A model generated the notes under the pieces. It did no database searches. It was given only the letters and a program-made list of their open reading frames with translations, and was not told where the DNA came from. DNA of 64,000 bases. Source: an uncultured virus (IMG/VR IMGVR_UViG_3300022753_001683) (lineage: Duplodnaviria > Heunggongvirae > Uroviricota > Caudoviricetes). The DNA lies in IMG/VR virus record IMGVR_UViG_3300022753_001683, one strand, 5' to 3'. This document shows, in pieces, positions 10,090 through 20,700 of the stretch; the stretch's first letter is position 1; every line of letters starts with the position of its first letter. The translations under genes and the position numbers were made by a program.

Positions 10090-11637
10090 ATGGGTTCTAA
10101 ATATGTAGATAGCACAGCGATAATGCAAGTCATTGGTTGTGTATATAATGAACCTAAACTGCTCGACATGCAAGAAGCATATGTTGTAACTGAGGAAGAT
10201 TTTCCAGAAGATTTCCATAAGATTGTTTATGGTACAATTTATAAGTTGCATGAGTCTGGCGTTAAGTCTATTACTCTTGAAGCAATCAATGACTTTCTAG
10301 ATACCAAGCCTAAGAAAAAGGCAATCTTTGACGTAAATAAAGGTAATGAGTATCTGCAAAAAGTGGGCGCAATTGCATCTACAACCACATTTAAATATTA
10401 TTATGATAGACTGAAGAAAATGACTCTTCTACGCGCATATGATAATTTTGGTTTGGATGTATCTTTCTTGTATGACCCTGACAATATTTTGGATTTGAAA
10501 AAGAAAGAAGCTCAAGAGGAATGGTTTGATAATGTATCACTCGAAACTATCGCTGATACTATTGATAGCAAAATCGCTACTATTAGGGAAGAGTACGCAG
10601 AAGGCGAGGGTCTTTATGGAGCGTCTTACCCTGCAGGCGATGGTATTGAAGAACTGATTCGACGTTTTGAAGAAGTGCCTGATGTTGGTGTTCCTCTATT
10701 TGGTAATTATATTAACACCATTACAAGAGGGGCAAGACTTGGCAAGTTTTATCTACGATCTGCTCCCACTGGCGTTGGTAAGACTCGTAGTATGATTGCC
10801 GATGCATGTTTTATCGGCTGTAATCGTTTTTATGATGAAGAATTTGGATGGGTAAAGAATGGTCAAGCTTTGCCAACTTTGTTCATCGGCACTGAACAGG
10901 ATAAAGATGAAATTCAAACAATGATGCTCGCATTTTTGTCTAACGTAAATGAAGAGCATATTCTGAATGGTCAGTATGATCCTGGCGAAAGAGATAGAGT
11001 ATTTGAGGCAGCAAGAATCATTAAAGAGTCTCCGCTTTATATCGAAGAACTGCCAGAGTTTAATCTACAGGATGTTGAAAATGTAATCAAACGTAATCTG
11101 CGTGAAAGAGACATTCAGTATGTATTTCATGATTACATTCACACTAGTCTGAAAATCTTGGAAGAGATTAGTAAGAAAGCTGGCAAGGTTGCACTTCGTG
11201 AAGATAATATCTTGTTTATGCTGTCTGCGCGCATTAAGGAGATCTGCGTGAAGCATAATGTTTTCATTATGTCTGCGACTCAATTAAATGGTGATTATCA
11301 GGACGCGAAAACTCCTGACCAGAATCTTCTGCGTGGTGCAAAGGCTATCGCTGATAAGATTGACTATGGTTCTATTTTACTTCCTGTAAAAGAAGTTGAT
11401 TTGGCATCTCTTGAGAATGTGCTTTCTCGCAATCCTAATTTTGGCACGCCAAATATCAAACTATCTATTTATAAGAATAGACGAGGTCGATATAAAGGAG
11501 TTATTCTTTGGTGTAAGGCAGATTTGGGAACTTGCCGCATTCAGCCAGTATTTTTAACTGACTTTATGTATGAACTACAAACGATTGAAGATATAAAAGT
11601 GCTGACACAAGAGGAATCAGCATTTGAGGAGGATTAA
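10090..11637 (+). CDS. dnaB: Replicative DNA helicase, DnaB-like
   Basis: SAPTGVGKT Walker A, FHDYIH Walker B, SATQLN, LRGAKAIADKID, KNRRG arginine finger. Confidence 0.9.
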   Translation: MGSKYVDSTAIMQVIGCVYNEPKLLDMQEAYVVTEEDFPEDFHKIVYGTIYKLHESGVKSITLEAINDFLDTKPKKKAIFDVNKGNEYLQKVGAIASTTTFKYYYDRLKKMTLLRAYDNFGLDVSFLYDPDNILDLKKKEAQEEWFDNVSLETIADTIDSKIATIREEYAEGEGLYGASYPAGDGIEELIRRFEEVPDVGVPLFGNYINTITRGARLGKFYLRSAPTGVGKTRSMIADACFIGCNRFYDEEFGWVKNGQALPTLFIGTEQDKDEIQTMMLAFLSNVNEEHILNGQYDPGERDRVFEAARIIKESPLYIEELPEFNLQDVENVIKRNLRERDIQYVFHDYIHTSLKILEEISKKAGKVALREDNILFMLSARIKEICVKHNVFIMSATQLNGDYQDAKTPDQNLLRGAKAIADKIDYGSILLPVKEVDLASLENVLSRNPNFGTPNIKLSIYKNRRGRYKGVILWCKADLGTCRIQPVFLTDFMYELQTIEDIKVLTQEESAFEED

Positions 11638-11638
11638 T

Positions 11639-11821
11639 ATGGCTAATACTAATAAGGTTATTTGGGGACGTGAACTGGAATATGTGATGCCTCGTGGCAT
11701 GTATGAGGATCTGCGTGAGCAGGCTCCCAAGAATGTTAATACCAAGGATTGGGTCATGGACTATATCAATGATACTTTTGGTCTGCTCGGCACGGTGACG
11801 GAGATTCGTATCGAAGGGTAA
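11639..11821 (+). CDS. Small hypothetical protein
   Basis: ATG 11639 after SD GGAGG; typical codon usage. Confidence 0.65.
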   Translation: MANTNKVIWGRELEYVMPRGMYEDLREQAPKNVNTKDWVMDYINDTFGLLGTVTEIRIEG

Positions 11822-11827
11822 AATTTT

Positions 11828-12928
11828 ATGATGAAATATGACAAGGATGAAATCAAAGGAAAATTAACCACCGATATGGTGTTTGATATTGTTGAAGAAT
11901 TGGGCGGCGACCCTCGCAAAACAGATTTTGGTTTTATCTCTGCCACTATTTGTCATAATGAGCCGGGCGAGGGCTCTCACAAATTATATTATTATGAGAA
12001 CACCGCCCTATTTCGTTGTTATACTGGCTGTGACAGCTATTTTGATATATTCGAGTTAATTGCAAAAATAAAAGAAGTTCGTAGCTCAGAGGAATGGGGT
12101 CTATATGACTCTGTTCGCTGGGTTGCTGGACGTTACGGCTGGGGTCCAACTGTCGAAGATGATGAGGACGTTCCAAATCTCGCAGACTGGAAGTTATTAG
12201 AAAAATATGATAAACTCCATACTGAGAAAAAGGAAAGTCGAAACATTCAATTACCAGAATACGATCAAACAATTCTAAAAAATCTTTCATATCCAAATAT
12301 CGCCGATTGGACGGATGAGGGAATTACAAGAGAGGTTCAACTGGCTAATCTTATTGGATATTATCCATCAGGTGAACAAATTACGATTCCACATTTTGAT
12401 ATTAATGGACGTTTTGTTGGATTGCGCGGAAGATCTTTAGGACAAGATGATGCAGATCGTTTTGGTAAATATCGACCCCTAATAGTTGGTAAGGAAATGT
12501 ATAATCATTCTCTTGGCTTGAATCTGTATAATATCAATAATAGCGCTCCACATATCAAAGTAGCTAAAACTGCAATTGTGTTTGAAGGCGAAAAATCATG
12601 TCTTTTGTATCAATCTTATTTTGGACGAGAGAATGATATTTCTGTGGCCTGTTGTGGCTCTGCTGTCAGCTCAATCCAAATGTCAATTCTTCTAAATCTT
12701 GGTGTAAAAGAAATAGTAATTGCTTTTGATAGGCAGTTCCAAAAGAAGAATGATGAAGAGTTCAAACGCTTGGTAAAAAATTTAAAGGCTATAAAAGCAC
12801 GATATGGACAGTATGCAACTATATCTTTTATGTTCGATACAGAAGATGTATTACCTTATAAAGCATCTCCCATTGACTGCGGGCCAACGGTATTTTTAGA
12901 TATGTTTAAGAAGAGGATTATTTTGTAA
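11828..12928 (+). CDS. DNA primase (zinc finger + TOPRIM)
   Basis: CHN...CYTGC zinc site, IPHFDINGRFVGLRGR, VFEGEKS, IAFD TOPRIM motifs. Confidence 0.85.
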   Translation: MMKYDKDEIKGKLTTDMVFDIVEELGGDPRKTDFGFISATICHNEPGEGSHKLYYYENTALFRCYTGCDSYFDIFELIAKIKEVRSSEEWGLYDSVRWVAGRYGWGPTVEDDEDVPNLADWKLLEKYDKLHTEKKESRNIQLPEYDQTILKNLSYPNIADWTDEGITREVQLANLIGYYPSGEQITIPHFDINGRFVGLRGRSLGQDDADRFGKYRPLIVGKEMYNHSLGLNLYNINNSAPHIKVAKTAIVFEGEKSCLLYQSYFGRENDISVACCGSAVSSIQMSILLNLGVKEIVIAFDRQFQKKNDEEFKRLVKNLKAIKARYGQYATISFMFDTEDVLPYKASPIDCGPTVFLDMFKKRIIL

Positions 12929-14664
12929 TGAATTATAAATTAATAGCACCAAGAGATGATGAGCTTACTGCAATTGAGCAGGTGCTTGTAAATAGAGGGA
13001 TTCCCTATAAAGATATTCGTTTATATTTGAATCTTAATGATTCAGTTATTCAAGACCCATATGGTCTTACCAACATTGAATTGGGCGCGAGACGATTGCT
13101 CCAAGCGATGTTGAGACAAGAGGAGATTTATGTTCAAGTCGATAGTGACTGCGATGGTTACACGTCTGCGGCGGTTCTTATTAATTACCTACATCGTGTG
13201 TTCCCTTCAATTGTGGAAAATAAAGTACGATATGGGTTGCATACGAAAAAGCATCACGGAATTGCGGTGGAAGATATTCCCAGTGGATGTACGTTGGTGG
13301 TGGCACCTGATTCGTCATCAAATGAAGCGGATATTCACAGAGAACTCAAAGCTAATGGAATCGATGTACTCGTCCTGGATCACCACCACGCAGAACCCGA
13401 CGGACAAGACCCAGCAATAATTGTTAATAACCAGATGTGCGACTATGATAATAAGTGTCTATCTGGTGTTGGTGTAGTCTATAAATTTTGTAAAGTTTTA
13501 GATGATCTAATTGGTGTATCATATGCTGACGATTTCCTTGATTTGGTCGCTCTTGGAATGGTTGCTGATATGATGGATTTGCGTTCTTTTGAAACGAAGC
13601 GATTGATTGATATTGGATGCACAGAAATTCATAATCCGTTCTTTGTCCATATGGCGAAAAAGAATGATTATTCTATGAAGAGTAAAATTAATCCATTTAC
13701 AATTTCATTTTATGTAGCTCCATTTATTAATGCAATCACTCGTAGTGGTAATGATGCAGAAAAGTTGCTGATCTTTGAATCTCTATTAGATCATCGAGCA
13801 ATGCGATTAATTCCATCTGGTAATCGCAATCGTAAAGGATTAGAAGATTTACTTGTGGTTGAAGCAATCCGCGTTGCTGGTAATGTTAAAAAGCATCAGG
13901 ATGATGCAAAAGTTAAGGCACTTGATGATTTACGATTCCGCATTAATTCTGGAGAATGCGATTTTGGTATCTTGATTATCACTCTTGATAATCCTATTGA
14001 TACCAATCTTACTGGTTTGTTAGCAAACCAAATTATGGCTGAATATGGTAAACCAACTTTGATTTTAAACAAGAGGATAAACAATGAAACAGGAGAAATC
14101 ACTTGGGAAGGTTCTGGCCGAGGCTTCATTACTCCTCATGTTAATGATTGGCGTGCTTATCTTGAACAATACGCTATGTATGCAGAAGGTCATGCGATGG
14201 CTTTCGGAGTTGGTTTTATCCCTGATCAGCTGACAGACTTTAAGCATTTAATGACCACTAGCCCAATGGATATTACAAAGTCTTATGATGTTGATTTTGT
14301 ATTCCAAATGACTGATAATTTTGATGCCGACATTCTTGATGTTGCAAAATATGATGAAATGTGGGGTCAAGGTTTAACTCAGCCGATGGTGGCTATTAAA
14401 AATATTTCTTTGAAGAAAGACGACATTCTTCTGCAGGGTAAAGGCACATTAAAACTTAAACTTGGTAATCATCGTACTACATGCATTAAGTTTGGTGGAA
14501 CCGATATTTATAATGAATTACAGTCTTTGTTCCCGTCTGATGATGCTACAATTAAGCTCAATCTAATCGGCACCTGTGCTTTAAATGATTGGGGTGGAAG
14601 CATTTCTCCCCAGCTAAAGCTGGTTGATTATGATGTGTCATATGTAGATACTTGGGGTTTTTAA
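12928..14664 (+). CDS. recJ: RecJ-like single-stranded DNA exonuclease (DHH family)
   Basis: DSDCDG, LDHH, LSGVGVVYK, LVALGMVADMMDL, GSGRG, GHAMAFG. Confidence 0.9.
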   Translation: MNYKLIAPRDDELTAIEQVLVNRGIPYKDIRLYLNLNDSVIQDPYGLTNIELGARRLLQAMLRQEEIYVQVDSDCDGYTSAAVLINYLHRVFPSIVENKVRYGLHTKKHHGIAVEDIPSGCTLVVAPDSSSNEADIHRELKANGIDVLVLDHHHAEPDGQDPAIIVNNQMCDYDNKCLSGVGVVYKFCKVLDDLIGVSYADDFLDLVALGMVADMMDLRSFETKRLIDIGCTEIHNPFFVHMAKKNDYSMKSKINPFTISFYVAPFINAITRSGNDAEKLLIFESLLDHRAMRLIPSGNRNRKGLEDLLVVEAIRVAGNVKKHQDDAKVKALDDLRFRINSGECDFGILIITLDNPIDTNLTGLLANQIMAEYGKPTLILNKRINNETGEITWEGSGRGFITPHVNDWRAYLEQYAMYAEGHAMAFGVGFIPDQLTDFKHLMTTSPMDITKSYDVDFVFQMTDNFDADILDVAKYDEMWGQGLTQPMVAIKNISLKKDDILLQGKGTLKLKLGNHRTTCIKFGGTDIYNELQSLFPSDDATIKLNLIGTCALNDWGGSISPQLKLVDYDVSYVDTWGF

Positions 14665-14665
14665 T

Positions 14666-14694
14666 TTGACAACTTCAAAAAGAAATGGTATAAT
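14666..14694 (+). promoter_or_regulatory. sigma-A-type promoter
   Basis: TTGACA(14666-14671)-17 nt-TATAAT(14689-14694), extended TG. Confidence 0.8.
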
Positions 14695-14727
14695 ATAATT
14701 GTAGAAAATAGGAAAGTAGGAACTTAA

Positions 14728-15888
14728 ATGATACTGACTGCTAAGCAAGAAGAAGGTCTTAAGATTGCGGTCAAGCGTTATAAGGACCACGAACCTTATA
14801 CTTGTATTGCTGGTTATGCCGGGACAGGTAAAAGCACACTTATTCGATTTATTATCAGTGCATTGAATATTGATCCTGATGATGTGTGTTATGTAGCCTA
14901 TACCGGCAAAGCCGCGCAGGTTTTGCGTTCAAAAGGATGCCCGAATGCAATGACCGCACATAGATTACTATATAAATCTGTACAAAAGGATGATGGAACA
15001 TTTGTTCATTTTCCGAAGCGTCCATTATTTCCTTTTGCTCTAATTGTTGTAGATGAAATTTCCATGCTACCAAAACCAATGTGGGAACTTTTATTATCTC
15101 ATCGAATTCATGTAATCGCTCTTGGTGATCCCGGTCAGCTTCCGCCTGTTATGGCTGAAAGTAATGGTGTGTTGGATACCCCGCATATTTTTCTGGATGA
15201 AGTTATGCGACAGGCTGCCGAAAGTGAGATTATCCGTTTAACAATGGATATTCGTGCAGGAAAAGGTTTGACTCCTATGTTGGGCCAAGAGGTAAGAATT
15301 GTAGGGCGTGAAGAACTCCTACAACCTGGTTTTCTTGCATGGGGAGATCAGATTATTTGCGGTAAAAATGAAACCCGCAATCAAATTAATAGAGTAATGC
15401 GACAGATCAAAATGAATACTGAAGGAATTGAACCTTTAGTAGGAGACCGAATTATCTGTCTGCATAATGAATGGGAATGTATAAATCTAACTGGTGATGC
15501 TCTTGTAAATGGTTTGAGTGGCACAATTACTGATTTGAAATATACAAATGATAACCCATTTATGGAGAAAACTCCCATCATCGACTTCCAGCCTGATATT
15601 GATGACAGTGACACCTTTAGAGGATTAGAAGTCGATTATAAGCTTTTCACTGAACATGTGCCGACTGTGAACAAAGAAACCTTCAAGAAAATTCCTAAGT
15701 TCTATCGACCCAAGGAGTTTGATTATGGATATTGCATTACTTGCCATAAAGCGCAAGGTAGCGAATATGATAAGGTTATTGTTCTTGAGGAATACTTGAG
15801 AGGTGAAAGCAAAGATGGTCATTCTCGTTGGCTTTATACTGCTGCTACTCGCGCTGCCAAGAAATTAATTATTGTGAGGAATTATTAA
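14728..15888 (+). CDS. RecD/Dda-like SF1B helicase
   Basis: GYAGTGKS, AYTGKAA, VVDEISM, GDPGQLPPV, YCITCHKAQGSEY, LYTAATRA. Confidence 0.9.
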   Translation: MILTAKQEEGLKIAVKRYKDHEPYTCIAGYAGTGKSTLIRFIISALNIDPDDVCYVAYTGKAAQVLRSKGCPNAMTAHRLLYKSVQKDDGTFVHFPKRPLFPFALIVVDEISMLPKPMWELLLSHRIHVIALGDPGQLPPVMAESNGVLDTPHIFLDEVMRQAAESEIIRLTMDIRAGKGLTPMLGQEVRIVGREELLQPGFLAWGDQIICGKNETRNQINRVMRQIKMNTEGIEPLVGDRIICLHNEWECINLTGDALVNGLSGTITDLKYTNDNPFMEKTPIIDFQPDIDDSDTFRGLEVDYKLFTEHVPTVNKETFKKIPKFYRPKEFDYGYCITCHKAQGSEYDKVIVLEEYLRGESKDGHSRWLYTAATRAAKKLIIVRNY

Positions 15889-16637
15889 TGATTATGATCG
15901 CCGGCCCATGCGCCGTGGAAACTGCGACTGACACTTATAAAATCGCAGAGGAATTAAGTAAATATGATAAAAAAATCATTCTGCGTGGCGGTTGCTGGAA
16001 ACCCCGCACTAGACCAGATTCCTTCCAGGGGCTCGGAGAGGTCGGCGTTGATATGCTTGTTGCTGCGTATGAATTATATGGACTACAAGGGTGCTGTTTA
16101 GAGGTAATGAGTAAAAAACATTTGGATTATGTTATTAATCATTATCCAGAAAAAAACATTATTCTTCAAATTGGCTCTCGTAATATGCAAAATTTTGAAC
16201 TACTTAAATTAGTAAGTTCTTATTCTAAGGAATATGGTAATACAGTACTTCTAAAGCGAGGCTTTGGAAATACCGTTGATGAAATGTGTGGAGCGAGGGA
16301 TTATTTACAGCATGACAATGTTATCTTATGTGAGCGTGGTATTAGGACTCTGTCTGATGCTAGTCGTTTCACTTTGGATTTGTCCGCCATCCCTGTGTTA
16401 CAGCAAAAAACTGGGTGTCGAGTTATCGTGGACCCATCCCACGCTGCTGGAGAGAGAAGTCTGGTATCCGGATTGGCACGGGCTGGTATCGCCGCAGGAG
16501 CAGATGGCTTGGAAATTGAGGTAAAATCAATGTTTGCCAAGTGTCCGCGTAAATGCGATGAAGCACAAGCTCTCCCCATAGATGAATTTTATGTTTTAGC
16601 ACATGTGTGTGAAGATATTGACAAAATCTTAAAATAA
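15888..16637 (+). CDS. aroF: 3-deoxy-D-arabino-heptulosonate 7-phosphate (DAHP) synthase, type I-beta, catalytic barrel only
   Basis: IAGPCAVE, RGGCWKPRT...FQGLG, QIGSRNMQNFELL, LLKRG, CERGIR, DPSH; the KPRT motif favours DAHP over KDO8P synthase (KANRS); start overlaps the helicase stop (TAATG). Confidence 0.85.
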   Translation: MIMIAGPCAVETATDTYKIAEELSKYDKKIILRGGCWKPRTRPDSFQGLGEVGVDMLVAAYELYGLQGCCLEVMSKKHLDYVINHYPEKNIILQIGSRNMQNFELLKLVSSYSKEYGNTVLLKRGFGNTVDEMCGARDYLQHDNVILCERGIRTLSDASRFTLDLSAIPVLQQKTGCRVIVDPSHAAGERSLVSGLARAGIAAGADGLEIEVKSMFAKCPRKCDEAQALPIDEFYVLAHVCEDIDKILK

Positions 16638-16646
16638 TAATATAAG
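16618..16646 (+). promoter_or_regulatory. Possible sigma-A-type promoter for the DUF262 gene
   Basis: TTGACA(16618-16623)-17 nt-TATAAG(16641-16646). Confidence 0.5.
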
Positions 16647-16657
16647 AGGTATATAGT

Positions 16658-17662
16658 ATGCAATATGCTGATAGCAAAAATTTATTTGACCAACTATCTG
16701 AAGATTTTTCCAGAAAGTGTACAACAACTTCTCAGCCTATTAATTATCTAAAATTCTGTAATAACAATGGCCAAATTAATACTGATTTGGATATTCAGCG
16801 AGGTTACCAATGGGATGAAAAACGTCAGCAAGAGATGTGGAACAGTTTGCTGCTTAATGCTCATATTCCTGAATTCCATGCATTAATCCGCAATGATATT
16901 TACGACATTATTGATGGTAAACAGCGACTATTAACGATCTTTAAAATCATCAATGATGAAATTCCTCTGAAATACAGCTATGCAGGTCCCGAGCTGCACT
17001 GGCTTTTTACTCAAGGAAAAAATAAAGATGCTCTTGTCCGACAGATTAATTTTTCTTGTTTACCAAAGGAGTTGCAATATCGTATTTATAATACTACGAT
17101 TTTGATTACTACTTACTCTAATCTTGACAGAGATGAACAAATTATGCTCTTTAAAAAAATTAATAATGGTAAAGCATTAAGTGATTTTGCAAAAGGATTG
17201 TGCGAAAATTTCTTTATCCGCAAGGATGGTACTGCTGAAATGCTAAAGCATTCTGTGTTTAAAAATTCAGAATGGAAAGATGAAGAACAAGAGGCAATTG
17301 AGAAAGCGTTAGTTCGCTTTATGATTCTTAAGCATAAAAATATGGTAGTTTCTCTAGAACCCACAAAGATGATTAGTTACTATCCTGAATTTGATCGTGA
17401 CGTATTAAATTTGAGCGTTAAGCAAGTAAATGCTGTCTTAGATCGTATTCCCACTTTGCATAAAATTCTTAAATGCCGCGCTTGGGAATCTTATTTTCCA
17501 GCATTTTTAATAGTAGTTGATCGTCATCCTGAGCTTACAGCAGAACAAATTGACACCATGCTTGTAAAAATTCGTTCTTGTACTGCTGGGCGCGGAGCTG
17601 ATTTAAGAGCCAGTATTGTTGCTGAACGCATCGACACTGTAGAATCTTTAATTGACAATTAA
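16658..17662 (+). CDS. DUF262 (GmrSD/ParB-like) domain protein
   Basis: DIQRGYQW, IIDGKQRL and FKKIN are the three conserved DUF262 motifs; no C-terminal HNH seen. Confidence 0.8.
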   Translation: MQYADSKNLFDQLSEDFSRKCTTTSQPINYLKFCNNNGQINTDLDIQRGYQWDEKRQQEMWNSLLLNAHIPEFHALIRNDIYDIIDGKQRLLTIFKIINDEIPLKYSYAGPELHWLFTQGKNKDALVRQINFSCLPKELQYRIYNTTILITTYSNLDRDEQIMLFKKINNGKALSDFAKGLCENFFIRKDGTAEMLKHSVFKNSEWKDEEQEAIEKALVRFMILKHKNMVVSLEPTKMISYYPEFDRDVLNLSVKQVNAVLDRIPTLHKILKCRAWESYFPAFLIVVDRHPELTAEQIDTMLVKIRSCTAGRGADLRASIVAERIDTVESLIDN

Positions 17663-17680
17663 ACAAAATTATGATATAAT
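17652..17680 (+). promoter_or_regulatory. sigma-A-type promoter for dnaE
   Basis: TTGACA(17652-17657)-17 nt-TATAAT(17675-17680), extended TG. Confidence 0.8.
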
Positions 17681-17707
17681 ATATACAGAAATGATAGAAA
17701 GAGGTTC

Positions 17708-20700
17708 TTGGATATGTTTTTTAACTGTCATAATCATACGATGTATTCAAACCTCAGACTTCTGGACTGTATCATCAAACCGAAAGACCTAATCGACCGT
17801 GCGATCGAATTAGGCCTTTCTGGTATTGCGATTACCGACCATGAAGCACTGAGCGCTCATATGGAAGTAAACATGTATGCGAAGAAAATTCGTGAAAAGC
17901 ATCCTAATTTTACTATTGCGCTCGGTAATGAGATTTATTTGACTGACACAAGAGAGAAAGGTCAGCCATACTATCACTTTATTTTGATTGCTAAAGATGC
18001 TATTGGTCACAAAGGTTTGCGTGAGCTTAGCTCTAAGGCATGGTATAATTCTTATTTTGATCGAGGTATGGAGCGTGTTCCTCTGCTCAAGAGCGAGTTA
18101 GAAGAAATTATGACTCGATACAAAGGTCATATTATGGGTACTACTGCCTGTATGGGCGGTGAGCTGTCTAAACTGATTGTGGAATATCAGATTCTCAAAG
18201 AAATGAATCAGCCCAATCAGGAAATATTTTATAAGATGCAGGATTTCATTCAGTTCTGCATGAGAGTATTTGGTCCAGATGATTTCTATATTGAATGTGC
18301 GCCATCTACAATGAAAGATCAGATCATGGTCAATCGGTGTCTCGGTGAAATGGCACAACTTTATGGATTGAATTTGGTGCCGGCTACCGACTCTCATTAT
18401 CTCAGTCCTGAAACAAGATTTGCGCATAAGGCATATTTGAACTCTAAGGGCGGAGATCGAGAAGTTGATAGCTTCTATGAATTTGCGCGTTTGATGGATG
18501 AAAAAGAAGTGAGAGAACTTCTACTTCATTCTTTTGAAGAAACTACTGTTGATATGATGATGCATATGACAGAAGATATGCGTCAGAAAATTGAGTGGTA
18601 TTCTTTGGAAAAACCGCAGCAGATTCCTGTTGTAGAAGTTCCAACTAGAAACGCTGGCTTTCTTGGGTGGGGAATTTGGCAAGAATATCCCACGCTTTAT
18701 GATATTAACCTTAATGGCAATGAACAAGAGCAATATTGGCTTGATTGTTGCATGGAAGCTTTGGTAAATAAAGGACTTGGTGAAGATGTCTACCTCGAAA
18801 GACTCGAAATTGAAGCAGACGTTATTCGATATATTGGCAATCGTCTTGGGACTTGTTTGTTTGCCTACTTTAATACTTTCAAGCACTATATTGATTTGTT
18901 CTGGGAGTGTGGTAGCATCGTCGGTCCTGGCCGTGGATCTGCCACTGGTTTTCTGTCTAATTATCTCCTTGGTATTACTCAGCTAAATCCTATCAAGTGG
19001 AATCTTCCTTGGTGGCGTTTCTTGAATAAAGAACGTGCGGAATTGCCTGATATTGATATCGACCTTGCTCCTTCCAAGCGAGCTGAAATCTTTCAGCGTA
19101 TTCGTGAAGAACGTGGAGAAATGGGACTGATTCAGGTTATTACATTCGGTACTGAAGGTTCTAAGTCTGCAATCTTGACCGCCTGTCGTGGTTATAGAAT
19201 GTTAGATGAAGATGGAATTGAAATGTTTCCTGATGGTATTGATGTTGACGTCGCTCAGTATATTGCATCTTTGATTCCATCCCATCGCGGTTTCCTTTGG
19301 AGCATCAAGGATGTTGTATATGGCAATAAGGATGAAGATCGTCAGCCTATTGCCGCATTCAAGAGAGAAGTTGACAAGTATCCTGGACTTTTAGATATTA
19401 TCTTTGCGATTGAAGGAATCGTGAAGCAGCGTGGTTGTCATGCATCTGGTGTCATTATGTATGAAGAGGATAAGATTTATGACACCGCGGCGATTATGAG
19501 AACTCCTTCTGGTGATCTTGTAACCTGTTATGACCTTCACATGGCAGAGGCTGCTGGTGACACTAAATACGACTTCCTTGTAACCGAAGTTTCTGACAAA
19601 ATCATTAAGGCTCTTGAACTGATGCAAGAGGATGAAGTAATTGATCCTGATATGAGTTTGCGTCAGATGTATGAAGAGTTCTTGCATCCTGAGCATATTG
19701 ATACAACCGATCCCGAAATTTGGGAAGCACTTGCAGAGGGTAGCGTATTGGATGTATTCCAGTTCAGCGGTGGCGTTGGTTTGGCGATTGCAAAGAAGCT
19801 TCGTCCAACTGATCCTCTGGAAATGACCGCAGCGAATGCAATGATGAGACTTATGTCTGAAAAGGGTAAAGAGTCTCAGCAGGATAGATATGCTCGTATC
19901 AAGAGTCAAGGAATCAGAGTCTTCGATATGGAAATGAAAGAGCATAATCTGCCGAACAGCATGATTAAAGCAATGCATAAACATTGCGACAAGTATTATG
20001 GCTGTTGCGCAATTCAGGAACAGATGATGGAGATTCTGATGGATCCTGAGATTGCAAGTTTCAGTTTGAAAGAGGCAAATGATGCTCGTAAGATTGTTGC
20101 TAAGAAGCAAATGTCTCGTATTCCCGAGCTTAAAGGTAAGGTTTATGATGTAATGGATCAGCGACTCGCTGACTATGTGTGGGAAGTTGCGGTAGCTCCT
20201 CAGTTGGGTTATGCATTCTCCATGAATCACTCTCTGCCTTATTCTTTCGTCGGTATTCAGACAATTATCTTAGCACGAAAGTTTGATCCGATTTATTGGA
20301 ACACTGCATGTTTGATTGTAAACAGTGGTGCAACAGATGAAGATCTTGAAGGTACAACGAACTATGGAAAAATCGCAAAAGCCATTGGTGACATTCGAAG
20401 TGCAGGAATTGCAGTCTCCACGGCAGACATTAATAAATCTAAATATGGATTTTCTCCAGACGTTGGAGAGGGCACAATCACCTACGGACTTAAAGGTCTA
20501 CTCAATGTTGGAGACGATGTCATCGCAGACATTATTGACAAACGCCCTTTCACTAGCTTCGGAGATTTCCTTGGCAGAGTCAAGTGCGGAAAACAGGCAG
20601 TAATTTCTCTTATCAAGGGTGGCGCATTTGATAGCTTTGGTGAGCGTAAGCGCATTATGGCTGAATATTTGTGGTTGAACTGCGATAAGAAAAAGAGAAT

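Noticed and set aside
15828..16637. KDO8P synthase (kdsA) call and the track's longer 269-aa start
   Set aside because: The KPRT motif indicates DAHP synthase; the upstream TTG lies inside the helicase gene, while ATG 15888 overlaps its stop
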